From Planctomycetota bacterium (GTDB taxonomy: Bacteria; Planctomycetota; GCA-002687715), in the NCBI GenBank assembly GCA_009691765.1, contig SIAO01000004.1, positions 85,419 through 149,418 of the forward strand: a stretch of 64,000 bases of DNA, in the 5' to 3' direction. Position 1 is the first letter of the stretch. Every line of letters begins with the position of its first letter. The position numbers and the translations under genes were made by a program. Below the pieces are notes generated by a model. The model was not told the DNA's origin. It saw nothing but the letters and a program-made list of their open reading frames with translations, and did no database searches. Positions 47,746 through 57,495 of the stretch are shown one piece after another.

Positions 47746-49053
47746 ATGGCATACTTCGTACTCCTCTGGGTGCTCTGTCTCTTTCTCTCCGGAATCTGCA
47801 AGCAGCAGGATGGCTTCGAGCCCCTCTTTGATGGCAAGAGCCTCGACGGCTGGGTCAATGTTCAGTGCGCACCTTCCACTTGGACCGTGAAAGACGGCAT
47901 GGTCGTCTGCTCTGGCCTGCCCACTGGGATCCTGCGCACGGCTCGCATGTACGAGAACTTCGAGCTGGAGCTGGATTACCGCCACTTGAAAGCTGGCGGC
48001 AACGCTGGGCTGTTTCTGTGGTCAGATGCGCTCACGGCCCGTGGCCAGCCGTTCAGTCGCTCTATCGAAGTGCAGGTGATGGACGGCGTGGAAAACCCTG
48101 GGTTCTACACCTCGCATGGCGACATCTTCTCGATCCACGGTGCGCACATGGTGCCTGACCGCAAGCACCCCCACGGCTGGGCACGCTGCTTGCCCAGCGA
48201 ACAACGCACCAAACCTTCCCCTGAGTGGAATCACTATCGCGTGATCGTCAACAACGGCACCATCAAGCTACATGTGAACGGTGCTGAAGTCAGTGGCGCC
48301 AGCGCTTGCACGCCGCGCAAGGGCTACATCTGCTTGGAGTCTGAAGGCAGCGAGTGCCACTTCAAGAACCTGCGCATTCGCGAGCTGCCCGACGCGGTGC
48401 CAGCTCTCGAAGCCTCCATGATTGCTACCGCAGACGAGGGCTTCCGCAGTCTCTACGACGGCGCATCACTGACAGGCTGGCGCGAGGCAGCCGACAAAAC
48501 CGGCCACTGGAAATCCAACGATTGGCAATTGGTTTACGACGGCCAAGGCAGCGACTTGTGGAGCACCGAAGAGTTTGGCGACTTTGAAATGTTGGTGGAT
48601 TGGCGCCTGCCCGCGAAGCCAAAGGAAATGCAACGGCCCGTGCTCGCCGCGGATGGCGGCACGGCGAAAGATGCTGATGGCAAGGAGCGCACCGTGACGG
48701 TGCAAGACGCTGGTGACTCTGGCATCTATTTGCGCGGCAGCACCAAAGCGCAAGTGAACATTTGGTGTTGGCCTTGCGGCTCGGGCGAGACTTGGGGTTA
48801 CCGCACAGACCCCGCCACCGACGCAGGCACGCGCGCAAGTTTTGCCCCGCGTGAACGCGCCGACGCACCACTCGGCGAATGGAATCGCTTCCGCATCCGC
48901 CTGAAGGGCGAGAAACTGGATGTGGACCTCAACGGCAAACGCGTGCTGGAAGGCGCCGTTCTGAAGGGCCTCCCCGCACGCGGTCCGCTGGGCTTACAAA
49001 ACCACGGCGACGCCATCGAATTCGCCAACATCTACATTCGCCCGCTGAACTGA
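47746..49053 (+). CDS. secreted tandem DUF1080 (3-keto-disaccharide hydrolase-like) protein
   Basis: Signal peptide and two copies of the FDGKSLDGW...FELELDYR...GNAGLFLW type LamG-like domain. Confidence 0.75.
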   Translation: MAYFVLLWVLCLFLSGICKQQDGFEPLFDGKSLDGWVNVQCAPSTWTVKDGMVVCSGLPTGILRTARMYENFELELDYRHLKAGGNAGLFLWSDALTARGQPFSRSIEVQVMDGVENPGFYTSHGDIFSIHGAHMVPDRKHPHGWARCLPSEQRTKPSPEWNHYRVIVNNGTIKLHVNGAEVSGASACTPRKGYICLESEGSECHFKNLRIRELPDAVPALEASMIATADEGFRSLYDGASLTGWREAADKTGHWKSNDWQLVYDGQGSDLWSTEEFGDFEMLVDWRLPAKPKEMQRPVLAADGGTAKDADGKERTVTVQDAGDSGIYLRGSTKAQVNIWCWPCGSGETWGYRTDPATDAGTRASFAPRERADAPLGEWNRFRIRLKGEKLDVDLNGKRVLEGAVLKGLPARGPLGLQNHGDAIEFANIYIRPLN

Positions 49054-49077
49054 GCGCAGGCGCCACCCTTGAAGAAA

Positions 49078-49150
49078 TAAGGCCGGCGGGGGTCGAACCC
49101 GCGACCTACGGATTAAAAATCCGGTGCTCTACCAACTGAGCTACGGCCTC
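49078..49150 (-). tRNA. tRNA-Lys (UUU)
   Basis: D-arm GCTCAGTTGGTAGAGC, anticodon loop TTTTTAA, T-arm GCGGGTTCGACCCCCGC. CCA is not encoded. Confidence 0.85.
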
Positions 49151-49207
49151 GTTGGGCCAGGCAGATTGCCCAGCCACTTCTCGCGACAGCGTTGAACGCG
49201 CAAGCGC

Positions 49208-49774
49208 TCAAATCGTCGTGAGTTCGTCAGATTTCTTCTTCAGACACGCATCGATCTGCGTCTCTGATTTTTTGGTCAGGTCTTGGATCTTGGCTTCAAG
49301 ATCCTTCTCTTGGTCTTCGGTGATCTTCACATCCTTCTTGGACTGCTGCGCAGACTTGTTGCAGTCGCGGCGCACGTTGCGCACCGCAATGCGCTGCTGC
49401 TCACCCAAATCCTTGATGTGCGCGACCAGCTTCTTGCGCTGCTCTTCCGTCATCATGGGCACTGGCAGACGAATGATCTTGCCGTCGCTCTGCGGCGTGA
49501 TGCCGAGGTTGCTGGCGAGAATGGCCTTCTCGATGCTGGACACTGCGGACGCATCGAAGGGCTTGATCACGATGGTCTTGGCATCGGACACGCTCACCTG
49601 CGCCAACTGCGAAATGGGCGTCATCGAGCCGTAATAATCCACCTTGATGTGATCGACGAGCCCCGGTGAAGCGCGGCCTGTGCGAATGCCGCGCATATCT
49701 TCTTCGAGGCGCGCCACGGCCTTGGCCATGCGCTCACTCGCTTCCTTCAAAATGCCGTTGTAGCTGAAGTCCAT
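49208..49774 (-). CDS. frr: ribosome recycling factor
   Basis: RRF family, with RTGRASPGLVDHIKVDYYG near the N-terminus. Start MDFSYN. Confidence 0.9.
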   Translation of the reverse strand: MDFSYNGILKEASERMAKAVARLEEDMRGIRTGRASPGLVDHIKVDYYGSMTPISQLAQVSVSDAKTIVIKPFDASAVSSIEKAILASNLGITPQSDGKIIRLPVPMMTEEQRKKLVAHIKDLGEQQRIAVRNVRRDCNKSAQQSKKDVKITEDQEKDLEAKIQDLTKKSETQIDACLKKKSDELTTI

Positions 49775-49784
49775 AGAGTCCTCC

Positions 49785-50549
49785 TCAGTCGCTGACCAGC
49801 GTACCCACTTCGGCACCGGAGAGCACCTTCACAAGGTTGCCCTGCACGGACATGTCAAACACCACGATGGGCAAGCGATGCTCCATGCAAGTGGTGATGG
49901 CCGTCTTGTCCATCACTTCAAGCCCTTGGGTGATGACATCGATGTAGTTGATGCGCGCGTAGCGCTTCGCGTTCGGATTCTTGCGCGGGTCGCTGTCATA
50001 CACGCCATCCACCTTGGTGGCTTTGAGCAGCACTTCGCAATCCAGTTCTTTAGCGCGCACAGCTGCAGCCGTGTCGGTTGTGAAGAACGGGCGCCCCGTA
50101 CCGCACGAGAGGATCACGACACGTCCCTTCTCAAGGTGACGCATAGCGCGACGGCGGATGAACGGTTCCATCACTTCGCGAATGTCGATGCCAGAGCACA
50201 CTCGCGTAGGTACGCCGAGTTTTTCCAGCGCATCCTGCAAAGCCATGGAATTGATGGCTGTCGCCAACATGCCCATTTGGTCGGCCGTGGCACGATTGAT
50301 GCCGAGTGGTGCGATTTGGGCACCGCGCATGATGTTGCCGCCACCGAGCACAACGGCGATTTGAGCGCCAGTCACATGCGCCGTCTTCACCAATTCAGCA
50401 GCACGCCGCACGGCGACAAGGTCGATGCCGTGACCACCCGGTTCACACAGCGATTCACCGGAGAGCTTCAGCAGCACTCGCTTCCAGCGCAGCGCGGGCT
50501 TTGCGCCGGTGTCACTCACCGATGCGCACTCGCGCGAAGCCCGTAACAC
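49785..50549 (-). CDS. pyrH: UMP kinase
   Basis: KRVLLKLSGE and GGGN motifs of the amino-acid kinase fold. The start is uncertain; the ORF overlaps the tsf stop. Confidence 0.9.
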   Translation of the reverse strand: MLRASRECASVSDTGAKPALRWKRVLLKLSGESLCEPGGHGIDLVAVRRAAELVKTAHVTGAQIAVVLGGGNIMRGAQIAPLGINRATADQMGMLATAINSMALQDALEKLGVPTRVCSGIDIREVMEPFIRRRAMRHLEKGRVVILSCGTGRPFFTTDTAAAVRAKELDCEVLLKATKVDGVYDSDPRKNPNAKRYARINYIDVITQGLEVMDKTAITTCMEHRLPIVVFDMSVQGNLVKVLSGAEVGTLVSD

Positions 50550-51381
50550 GCACGTTGCTCACTTCGCACTGGCGCGCACGCTCGGCGAGCCACACGGCAA
50601 CGGTCTTGTCGGGATCGAGCACATAGGGCTGTTCGAGGAGCGCGCGCTCGGCCACGAACTTCTGCAAGCGCCCGCCCACCATCTTCTCAGCGATGGCTTG
50701 CGGCTTGCCGGATTCGATGGCTTGCTTCACGCAAATCTCGCGCTCGGCATCGAGTTCCTTCTGCGGAATCCCGGAAGCGTCCACAGCCAACGGTGCAGGC
50801 ACCGCCGCCACAACGTGCATGCAGAGTTCGCGCAACACCTTGCCGAACTCCGCGCTGCCCGTGCCGCCTTCGGCCGTCACTTCCACAATGCCGCCACTGC
50901 GGCCGTCGAAGTGCTGGTAGGCACCAGCAATGCCATCGAAGCGCGCGACGCGTCGCAGGCCCATCGTTTCGCGGATGGTGTTGCTCGCATCATCGAGCAA
51001 CGCTTGCACCGTGCCGCTGCCGCTGCGAGCCGCCAAGACGGCTTCAGCCGTGGCGCCAGCAGCAGACATGCTCATGACCGAGGTGATGGCCGCTTCGGCC
51101 AACGCTTGGAACTTGTCGTTGCGTGCGGAGAAGTCTGTCTCGCAAGAGAGCAGCACTGCTGCTGCACCGCGGTTCTCGGCGCCGGCGCGTGCGCGCACCA
51201 CGCCTTCAGCAGCATCGCGATCGGCGCGCTTCGCCATCTTGGCGATGCCACGCTCGCGCAACACTTTGATGGCGCCTTCAATGTCGCCAGCCACCGCGTC
51301 CAACGCGCTCTTGCATTCCATCATCGGCGCTTGCGTGCGTTCACGCAGTTCTTTCACCATTGCAGCGGTCACCGTAGCCAT
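50512..51381 (-). CDS. tsf: elongation factor Ts
   Basis: N-terminal UBA-like MVKELRERTQAPMMECKSAL, then the EF-Ts dimerisation domain. Confidence 0.9.
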   Translation of the reverse strand: MATVTAAMVKELRERTQAPMMECKSALDAVAGDIEGAIKVLRERGIAKMAKRADRDAAEGVVRARAGAENRGAAAVLLSCETDFSARNDKFQALAEAAITSVMSMSAAGATAEAVLAARSGSGTVQALLDDASNTIRETMGLRRVARFDGIAGAYQHFDGRSGGIVEVTAEGGTGSAEFGKVLRELCMHVVAAVPAPLAVDASGIPQKELDAEREICVKQAIESGKPQAIAEKMVGGRLQKFVAERALLEQPYVLDPDKTVAVWLAERARQCEVSNVRVTGFARVRIGE

Positions 51382-51446
51382 AAGCGTCTCTCCGTCGTTC
51401 TCACACTGTCTCCAACACATGCACACAACGACTCACACCAAGAAGC

Positions 51447-52367
51447 TCACTCTGCGGGCTTGGCTTCCGGGGCATCCGGAGCGGCTGCCACAGGCGTGCC
51501 TTCAGTGGCCGTCTTCGCGGCGCGTTCCGCACGCAAACGCTGCTGAGCCGCCTTGAGGGCGTCCATCTCGGCCGCGCGGCGCTCGGCGCTCTTGCGCGTG
51601 GCATCTTGCTCCTTCTTCTCTTCCTCACGACGCTGCGCTTCGTCGTCGGCGCGACGCTTCTCTTCCGCGGCTTGCCACTGCGCATAGGCGGTGTTGCCTG
51701 CTGCTACAGCTTCAGCAAGCGCCTTCACCAGCACTTGAATGGAGCGCATGCTGTCGTCATTGCCCGGGATGGGAATGTCCACCATCCTCGGGTCGCAATC
51801 GGTGTCGAGGATGGCGATCACTGGAATGCCCAGCTTGTTCGCCTCGCGCACGGCGTTGTGTTCCTTCTTGGGGTCCACGATCACGAGCGCACCTGGCAGG
51901 CGCTCCATGGTGCGCAGGCCATCGAGATTGCGGAACATCTTGCGCTTGTCGCGCATGATGGAGGCTTGCTCTTTCTTGGGCCGCTCAGCGAAGGACTCGT
52001 CGAGCAAAATCGCTTCGAGTTCCATCAGCGCCTTCATGCGCGCGCGAATGGTCGTGAAGTTGGTGAGCGTTCCGCCCAGCCAGCGTTCGGTGACCATCGG
52101 CATTTTCACGAGGCCTGCACACTCCTGAATCACCGGAGAAGCCTGACGCTTCGTACCCACGAACAACACTTGATTGCCTTCGGCGGCCAAGCGGTGCAGG
52201 AAGGTGGTGGCCTTGATCAGACCGCGGAGCGACTCACGCAGATCGATGATGTGGATCAGGTTGCGCTTGCCGAAGATGAAAGGCTTCATCCTCGGGTTCC
52301 AGCGCGAGGCGCGGCAACCGAAATGCACGCCGGCTTCGAGCAGATCTTTCACTGGGACTGCAATCAT
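51447..52367 (-). CDS. rpsB: 30S ribosomal protein S2 with long C-terminal extension
   Basis: VHFGCRASRWNPRMKPFIFGKRN... S2 core (~240 aa) plus a Glu/Ala/Lys/Arg-rich tail of ~65 aa. Confidence 0.9.
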   Translation of the reverse strand: MIAVPVKDLLEAGVHFGCRASRWNPRMKPFIFGKRNLIHIIDLRESLRGLIKATTFLHRLAAEGNQVLFVGTKRQASPVIQECAGLVKMPMVTERWLGGTLTNFTTIRARMKALMELEAILLDESFAERPKKEQASIMRDKRKMFRNLDGLRTMERLPGALVIVDPKKEHNAVREANKLGIPVIAILDTDCDPRMVDIPIPGNDDSMRSIQVLVKALAEAVAAGNTAYAQWQAAEEKRRADDEAQRREEEKKEQDATRKSAERRAAEMDALKAAQQRLRAERAAKTATEGTPVAAAPDAPEAKPAE

Positions 52368-52566
52368 GGCGAACTCCCTCTCGTGGCCCCATAGTGGCTT
52401 CCTTGACGCAGGAAACCGGGGCCGTCGAATGGTCTTTGGATTTGGGCTTGAGCACCCTGCTCCTCCACCATGGAGGGCTTGGTTTCAAGCTTGGCGAGTC
52501 TATCTGCCGGACCTCGGCCCGCAACCGGCGCTGCGATGGAAAGCGCTCGGGTGCTACGCTCGCGCC

Positions 52567-53787
52567 ATGCAATTGGCCGGAGGGTTGTTCATCTCTGCGG
52601 GTGAACCTTCCGGGGACCTCCATGCCGCCAATCTGCTGCTGGCTTTGCAGCGTCAGAGACCAGCCCTGCGAGCTCGAGGCCTTGGTGGCCCACGCTTGGC
52701 AGCCGCAGGAATGACCCTGCACCACGATCTCGCCAGCAACGCGGTCATGGGGCTGTTCCCAGTGATCGCGGCCCTGCCGCGCCTGCGCCGCGTGTTCCGA
52801 GACGCGGTGCGCCACTTCGACGAACAACGGCCTGACGCGCTGCTGCTCGTGGATTATCCGGGCTTCAATCTGCGCCTTGCTGCCGAAGCGAAGAAGCGGG
52901 GCATCCCAGTGGTTTGGTACATCGCGCCCAAAGTCTGGGCTTGGGCGCGCTGGCGCGTGAAACGCATCGCGCAATGTGTGGATCAATTGCTGGTGATCCT
53001 GCCCTTCGAAGAAGCTTGGTTCCGTGCCGTCGGTTTACAGACCGTGCATGTGGGCTCTCCGGTAGTGGACCACTGGTTCAACAACCCGCCGGATGCAGCG
53101 CGCGTCAGTGCGTTGCGTGCCGGAGCGCCGTTTTGCGTAGCCCTGTTTCCCGGCAGCCGTCCTCATGTGGTCCGAAACTTGTTGCCCGTGTTCCTCGATG
53201 CGGCCGCACGCTTCGAGCAGGCATGGTGCGCGCAACAACGGAGCGCCGCAATGGGAACGAGTGCAGCCAACGCGTCGACAGCAACCGCCACCGACATGCG
53301 CCCGCGCTTTCTGGTGTCACAGTCCGGCGCTGCCGGAGCGGACTTGATTGCTGCTGCTTCGGCACGCGGACTCAGAGTTGAAGCATGTACAGGCTCAGCT
53401 CTCGAACTCATGCACGCCGCAGACTTGAGCCTTGCCGCGAGCGGCACGGTGACGCTTGAACTCGCATTGAGCGGCAAGCCTTTCGTCGTGGGCTACCGCC
53501 TATCAGCTCCCATCTGGCCCATCGCAAAGTTGTTGGTCAAAGTGCCGCACATCGCGCCTGTGAATCTGGTTGCAGAAGCTCGAGTCGTGCCCGAACATGT
53601 TTCGGTGCGTTCGTTCGCAGCAGCAGCAGCCGACGATTTGCTACGCCTGAGTTCAGGCGCGGCGCGCGAGCGCTGCAGCGCAGATCTTGTCGAAGTTGCG
53701 CGCAGACTTGGGCCACCTGGAACTGCCGAGCGTGCTGCACGCGAAGTCCTGAGGTTCTTGGATTCTCACCCCTCAAAGCAGACTTGA
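52567..53787 (+). CDS. lpxB: lipid-A-disaccharide synthase
   Basis: ISAGEPSGDLHAANL and the GT19 fold. ATG at 52567; the track ORF's 131-aa upstream extension would overlap rpsB and is rejected. Confidence 0.85.
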   Translation: MQLAGGLFISAGEPSGDLHAANLLLALQRQRPALRARGLGGPRLAAAGMTLHHDLASNAVMGLFPVIAALPRLRRVFRDAVRHFDEQRPDALLLVDYPGFNLRLAAEAKKRGIPVVWYIAPKVWAWARWRVKRIAQCVDQLLVILPFEEAWFRAVGLQTVHVGSPVVDHWFNNPPDAARVSALRAGAPFCVALFPGSRPHVVRNLLPVFLDAAARFEQAWCAQQRSAAMGTSAANASTATATDMRPRFLVSQSGAAGADLIAAASARGLRVEACTGSALELMHAADLSLAASGTVTLELALSGKPFVVGYRLSAPIWPIAKLLVKVPHIAPVNLVAEARVVPEHVSVRSFAAAAADDLLRLSSGAARERCSADLVEVARRLGPPGTAERAAREVLRFLDSHPSKQT

Positions 53788-53827
53788 GCTTGGCAATCAC
53801 ACAGCTTTCGACTGCGGGTGCGCTAAT

Positions 53828-54619
53828 TCAACCTTGCAGGGCGCGGCCAGCGGCACTGCGCTCGGAGCGGCGCAAAAAAGCCACGAGATACGCCACTTCG
53901 GCAGTCAGATAAGGGCTTTGCTCGATCTCTGTGAGGATCTCGGAGCGCGGGCGCGCTGTGCGGAAAATGGTGCGATAGGCCTCGCGAATCGCCTCCATTT
54001 GCCCCGATGAATAGCCAGCACGCTGCATGCCCACTGTGTTCACTTTGCGCACCTTAGACGGATGGCCTTCCACCACCATGAACGGAGGCACATCGTGCAC
54101 CACGCGGGTGAGCCCGCCGACATAGGAGTGCTTACCCACAGTGGCAAACTGCTGCACTGCGGCGGCGCCGTTCAAGATGGCACGATCTTCGATCACCACA
54201 TGCCCAGCGAGAAGTGCATTGTTGGCCATCACCACATAATCGCCCAAGACACAATCGTGCCCCACGTGACAGCACGACATCAGCAAGTTGTGCGAGCCGA
54301 CGCGCGTCCAGCCATCGCCTTTCAACGTGCCGCGATTGATCTGTGCGAATTCACGGACGACATTGTGATCTCCCATGGCGAGCCAAGTGATTTCACCCTT
54401 CCAAGTGAGATCTTGCGGCGCACCACCCACGGCTGCGTGACCGTGAATGACATTGTGCGCACCCATGTGAACATGTGGCCCCACCATGGCGTGAGGGCCG
54501 ATGCTCGAACCCTCGCCGATGATGGTGTCTTCACCGATGACCGCATAGGGCCCGATAGCAACGTCCATGCCCAGTTTGGCGTCAGGATGCACAAGGGCTG
54601 TCGGATGAATGCTGCTCAT
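53828..54619 (-). CDS. lpxA: acyl-ACP--UDP-N-acetylglucosamine O-acyltransferase
   Basis: Left-handed beta-helix hexapeptide repeats, start MSSIHPTALVH, and a C-terminal LpxA helical domain. ATGA overlap with lpxC/fabZ. Confidence 0.9.
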   Translation of the reverse strand: MSSIHPTALVHPDAKLGMDVAIGPYAVIGEDTIIGEGSSIGPHAMVGPHVHMGAHNVIHGHAAVGGAPQDLTWKGEITWLAMGDHNVVREFAQINRGTLKGDGWTRVGSHNLLMSCCHVGHDCVLGDYVVMANNALLAGHVVIEDRAILNGAAAVQQFATVGKHSYVGGLTRVVHDVPPFMVVEGHPSKVRKVNTVGMQRAGYSSGQMEAIREAYRTIFRTARPRSEILTEIEQSPYLTAEVAYLVAFLRRSERSAAGRALQG

Positions 54620-55920
54620 GCGTCCATCAACATGAATTTCATCACGGCTTGGCAAGAGAGCTCACCATTGACCGTGGCGCGGCCTTCAACCTTGCCCGAA
54701 CGATCGCGCAAAGAAACGGTTTCGCATTCAAGACGCAACTGATCACCTGGAACCACCGGCCTGCGGAACTTCACGTGGTCAATCGCAACCATCACCGCCA
54801 CACGGCCAGTGTTTTGCAAACGACGCAGCAGCAACACACCCGCCAGCTGCGCGAGTGCTTCGATTTGCAACACACCGGGCATGATGGGTTGTCCCGGCCA
54901 GTGCCCCTGAAAGTGTGGTTCATTGAACGACACGCTCTTCAAGCCCACAGCGCGCTGCCAACCTTCAAGCTCGATCACGCGGTCCACAAACAAGAAGGGA
55001 TAGCGGTGCGGCAAGATCTTGAGGATCTCGCGAATGTCGAGCCCCGTGTCGTTCTGGATGACCCCGCGCGCTTCAAGTTCGCGCTGACGAGCCGCGAGCT
55101 TCTTCACCAGATCTTGGTTTTCGCTATGCCCGCTGCGCGTTGCGACCACACGCCCCTGCAAATCGCACCCAAGCAACGCGAGATCGCCGAGCAAGTCCAG
55201 CAACTTATGCCGTGCTGGTTCGTCGGGGAAGCGCAGTGTGTTTTCTTTGACGCCATCAGGCCCAAGCACCAAGGTGTTGCGCGTATTGGCGCCCTTGCCC
55301 AGACCCATTTCCTGCAGCGCCTTGGCTTCGGCTTCGAGACAGAAGGTGCGCGCCGGCGCCACCTCCGACAAGAAAGTCTCTTCCTTCAACGCCAGCGCTA
55401 CGCATTGTGTGCCCAACCCGACAACTCCGGGATAGTGCAGTGTGTAGGAGAGGTTCAAGCCTTCAGCAGCGGGATAAGCAGCAATACTCGCTTCCCCATC
55501 CTGCACCGCGACGGGCTGATCGAGCGTGAAGCACTTGCGTGGCGCCTTTTGTTCCAAGCGCCCAGCTCCACGAATCACTTCTGCGTAGGGCAAACTGGAA
55601 CCATCGAGGCCGGGCACTTCAGCACCGTCAATCTCGACATCAACATTGTCGACGCCAAGCGCATAAAGGCTGGCCGTGAGATGCTCCACCGTGTGCACAT
55701 CGGCGTCGCCGAGCGCGATGGCCGTGCGCCTTTCACGTTGCACCACATTCTCGATACGCAGTGGAATACGCGGACGGCCTAGGAGATCGGTGCGCACAAA
55801 CACAATGCCGTTGCCTGCCTCCGCTGGCCGCAGCGTGACGCTGCATTCCACGCCACTGTGCAGACCGATGCCACGCACCGACACCGCACTCTTCAATGTA
55901 CGTTGATTGCGCAGGGTCAT
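54616..55920 (-). CDS. lpxC: bifunctional UDP-3-O-acyl-GlcNAc deacetylase / 3-hydroxyacyl-ACP dehydratase (LpxC-FabZ fusion)
   Basis: N-terminal LpxC motifs (TLKSAVSVRGIGLHSG, HKLLDLLGDLAL) and a C-terminal FabZ hotdog (LPHRYPFLFVDRV). ATGA overlaps on both sides. Confidence 0.9.
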   Translation of the reverse strand: MTLRNQRTLKSAVSVRGIGLHSGVECSVTLRPAEAGNGIVFVRTDLLGRPRIPLRIENVVQRERRTAIALGDADVHTVEHLTASLYALGVDNVDVEIDGAEVPGLDGSSLPYAEVIRGAGRLEQKAPRKCFTLDQPVAVQDGEASIAAYPAAEGLNLSYTLHYPGVVGLGTQCVALALKEETFLSEVAPARTFCLEAEAKALQEMGLGKGANTRNTLVLGPDGVKENTLRFPDEPARHKLLDLLGDLALLGCDLQGRVVATRSGHSENQDLVKKLAARQRELEARGVIQNDTGLDIREILKILPHRYPFLFVDRVIELEGWQRAVGLKSVSFNEPHFQGHWPGQPIMPGVLQIEALAQLAGVLLLRRLQNTGRVAVMVAIDHVKFRRPVVPGDQLRLECETVSLRDRSGKVEGRATVNGELSCQAVMKFMLMDA

Positions 55921-56942
55921 GCTTCTGCCTCGGGTGTCACGCGCTTCTCAATCGCGTTCAAGCGGCGCCACATCTCAGGCAAACGCGCTTGGAGCACGCG
56001 CACGCGCAGGCCTTCTGCGAGCGGAATGGCCGGAATGCCCATGTATTGCCCAGGTCCATCCAGTTCGGTCGTCGTGGCGCTGTAACCAGCAATCTGAGTA
56101 TTCGCTGCGATGTTCAAGTGCCCGCCAATGCCGACGTGCCCACCAAAGACACTCCGGTCGCCGAGGACTGTAGAGCCTGCGATACCAACCAACGCGGCGA
56201 GCAAGCAATCCTCACCGACTTGCACGTTGTGAGCGATCTGCACCAAATTGTCGATCTTGGTGCCGCGCCCGATGCGCGTGGCGTCAAAACGCGCGCGGTC
56301 CACGCACGCGCACGCACCAATTTCCACGTCGTCGCCAACAATGACGGTTCCGGTATGCGGAATCTTGGTGTGTCGGCCCTGCGCATCGGTGGCGAAACCA
56401 AACCCATCGGCACCAATCACGCTGCCAGACTGCACAGTGACGCGATCGCCGAGTTGGACGTGGTGTTCAATCACAACGCGCGCATGGATGACGCAATCGG
56501 TGCCGATCACAGCTTCAGCGCCGATGACGGCACCGGGGCCCACAGAAGTGCGCGGACCGATGCGTGCACCAGCGCCCACAAAGGCAAGTGCAGCTACGGA
56601 AGCGGTGCTGTCAACAATGGCACCATGCTCCACGACAGCACGCTCGTGCACACCTGCTGGCGGCCGGGCCGCAGCCAGCATGTGCTCGACAATGCTGGCG
56701 AACGCAAGATTCGGATTGGGCACAATAATCGTGACACCACGAAAGCCCGCGAGTGGCGAATCCAGAATTGCTGCACTGACTTTGGAAGCGAGCAACGCAG
56801 AGCGCCAGCGCTCGCCACTAGCAAAGGTGATATCGCCCGCCGTCGCTGTTTCGGCCCCTGCGAATCCGTTGATGGTGCAGTCGGCGTCTCCAAACACCTC
56901 TCCCTGCACCAGCGCTGCCAGATTTCGGACAGAAAATCCCAT
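55917..56942 (-). CDS. lpxD: UDP-3-O-acylglucosamine N-acyltransferase
   Basis: N-terminal LpxD domain and hexapeptide-repeat LbH. Confidence 0.9.
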   Translation of the reverse strand: MGFSVRNLAALVQGEVFGDADCTINGFAGAETATAGDITFASGERWRSALLASKVSAAILDSPLAGFRGVTIIVPNPNLAFASIVEHMLAAARPPAGVHERAVVEHGAIVDSTASVAALAFVGAGARIGPRTSVGPGAVIGAEAVIGTDCVIHARVVIEHHVQLGDRVTVQSGSVIGADGFGFATDAQGRHTKIPHTGTVIVGDDVEIGACACVDRARFDATRIGRGTKIDNLVQIAHNVQVGEDCLLAALVGIAGSTVLGDRSVFGGHVGIGGHLNIAANTQIAGYSATTTELDGPGQYMGIPAIPLAEGLRVRVLQARLPEMWRRLNAIEKRVTPEAEA

Positions 56943-56947
56943 GCTTG

Positions 56948-57484
56948 TCAGCGGTTCAGACGCTGCACCACCTCAGCAGTGAGGTCCAATTTCTCATCGC
57001 GCCACAGCACGCTGCGCAATTGAATGCCGGCCCATACATCGTTGCGTGTACGTCCGCCAAGCTCTTCATTGCTCAGCAGCAATACGGCCGAGAGCCCCTT
57101 ACTCGCTCCGATGGCAGCAACTTCGCGCTGCACTTCCTTATAGACCTTCTTCAGATGCTCAACGAGCTCGCGCTCTTGCTGCAGCAGCGCGCCCTTCTCC
57201 TGCAAGTCAATCTCGACGCGCTCAATAGCCAGATCGCGTTCCTTCTGGAGGCGATCCAACGCAGGAGCATCGGAGAGCTCCAAAGCTTCGAGCTTTTGCT
57301 GCAAACCTTGGCGCTTCAGGCGCACCTGCTCGGTGTTTTGCTTCAGGCGGTTCTCGAGTTGTGTCGTGATGTCCGCCGTCTTCTTGTATTCAAGAACGAC
57401 GCGTTCGATATTCACAAAAGCCACACCTTGTGCGGCAAGAATGCTGGAACAGGCAAGCACCATCAACAAAGCTGCACTGCGCAT
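56948..57484 (-). CDS. skp: periplasmic chaperone Skp (OmpH)
   Basis: Signal peptide and a coiled-coil OmpH fold, located between bamA and lpxD. Confidence 0.8.
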   Translation of the reverse strand: MRSAALLMVLACSSILAAQGVAFVNIERVVLEYKKTADITTQLENRLKQNTEQVRLKRQGLQQKLEALELSDAPALDRLQKERDLAIERVEIDLQEKGALLQQERELVEHLKKVYKEVQREVAAIGASKGLSAVLLLSNEELGGRTRNDVWAGIQLRSVLWRDEKLDLTAEVVQRLNR

Positions 57485-57495
57485 GGGCTCCCCCT

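Noticed and set aside
52174-52566. 131-aa N-terminal extension of lpxB in the ORF track.
   Set aside because: It would overlap the divergent rpsB start and has no LpxB homology. The conserved ISAGEPSGDLH N-terminus begins at ATG 52567.
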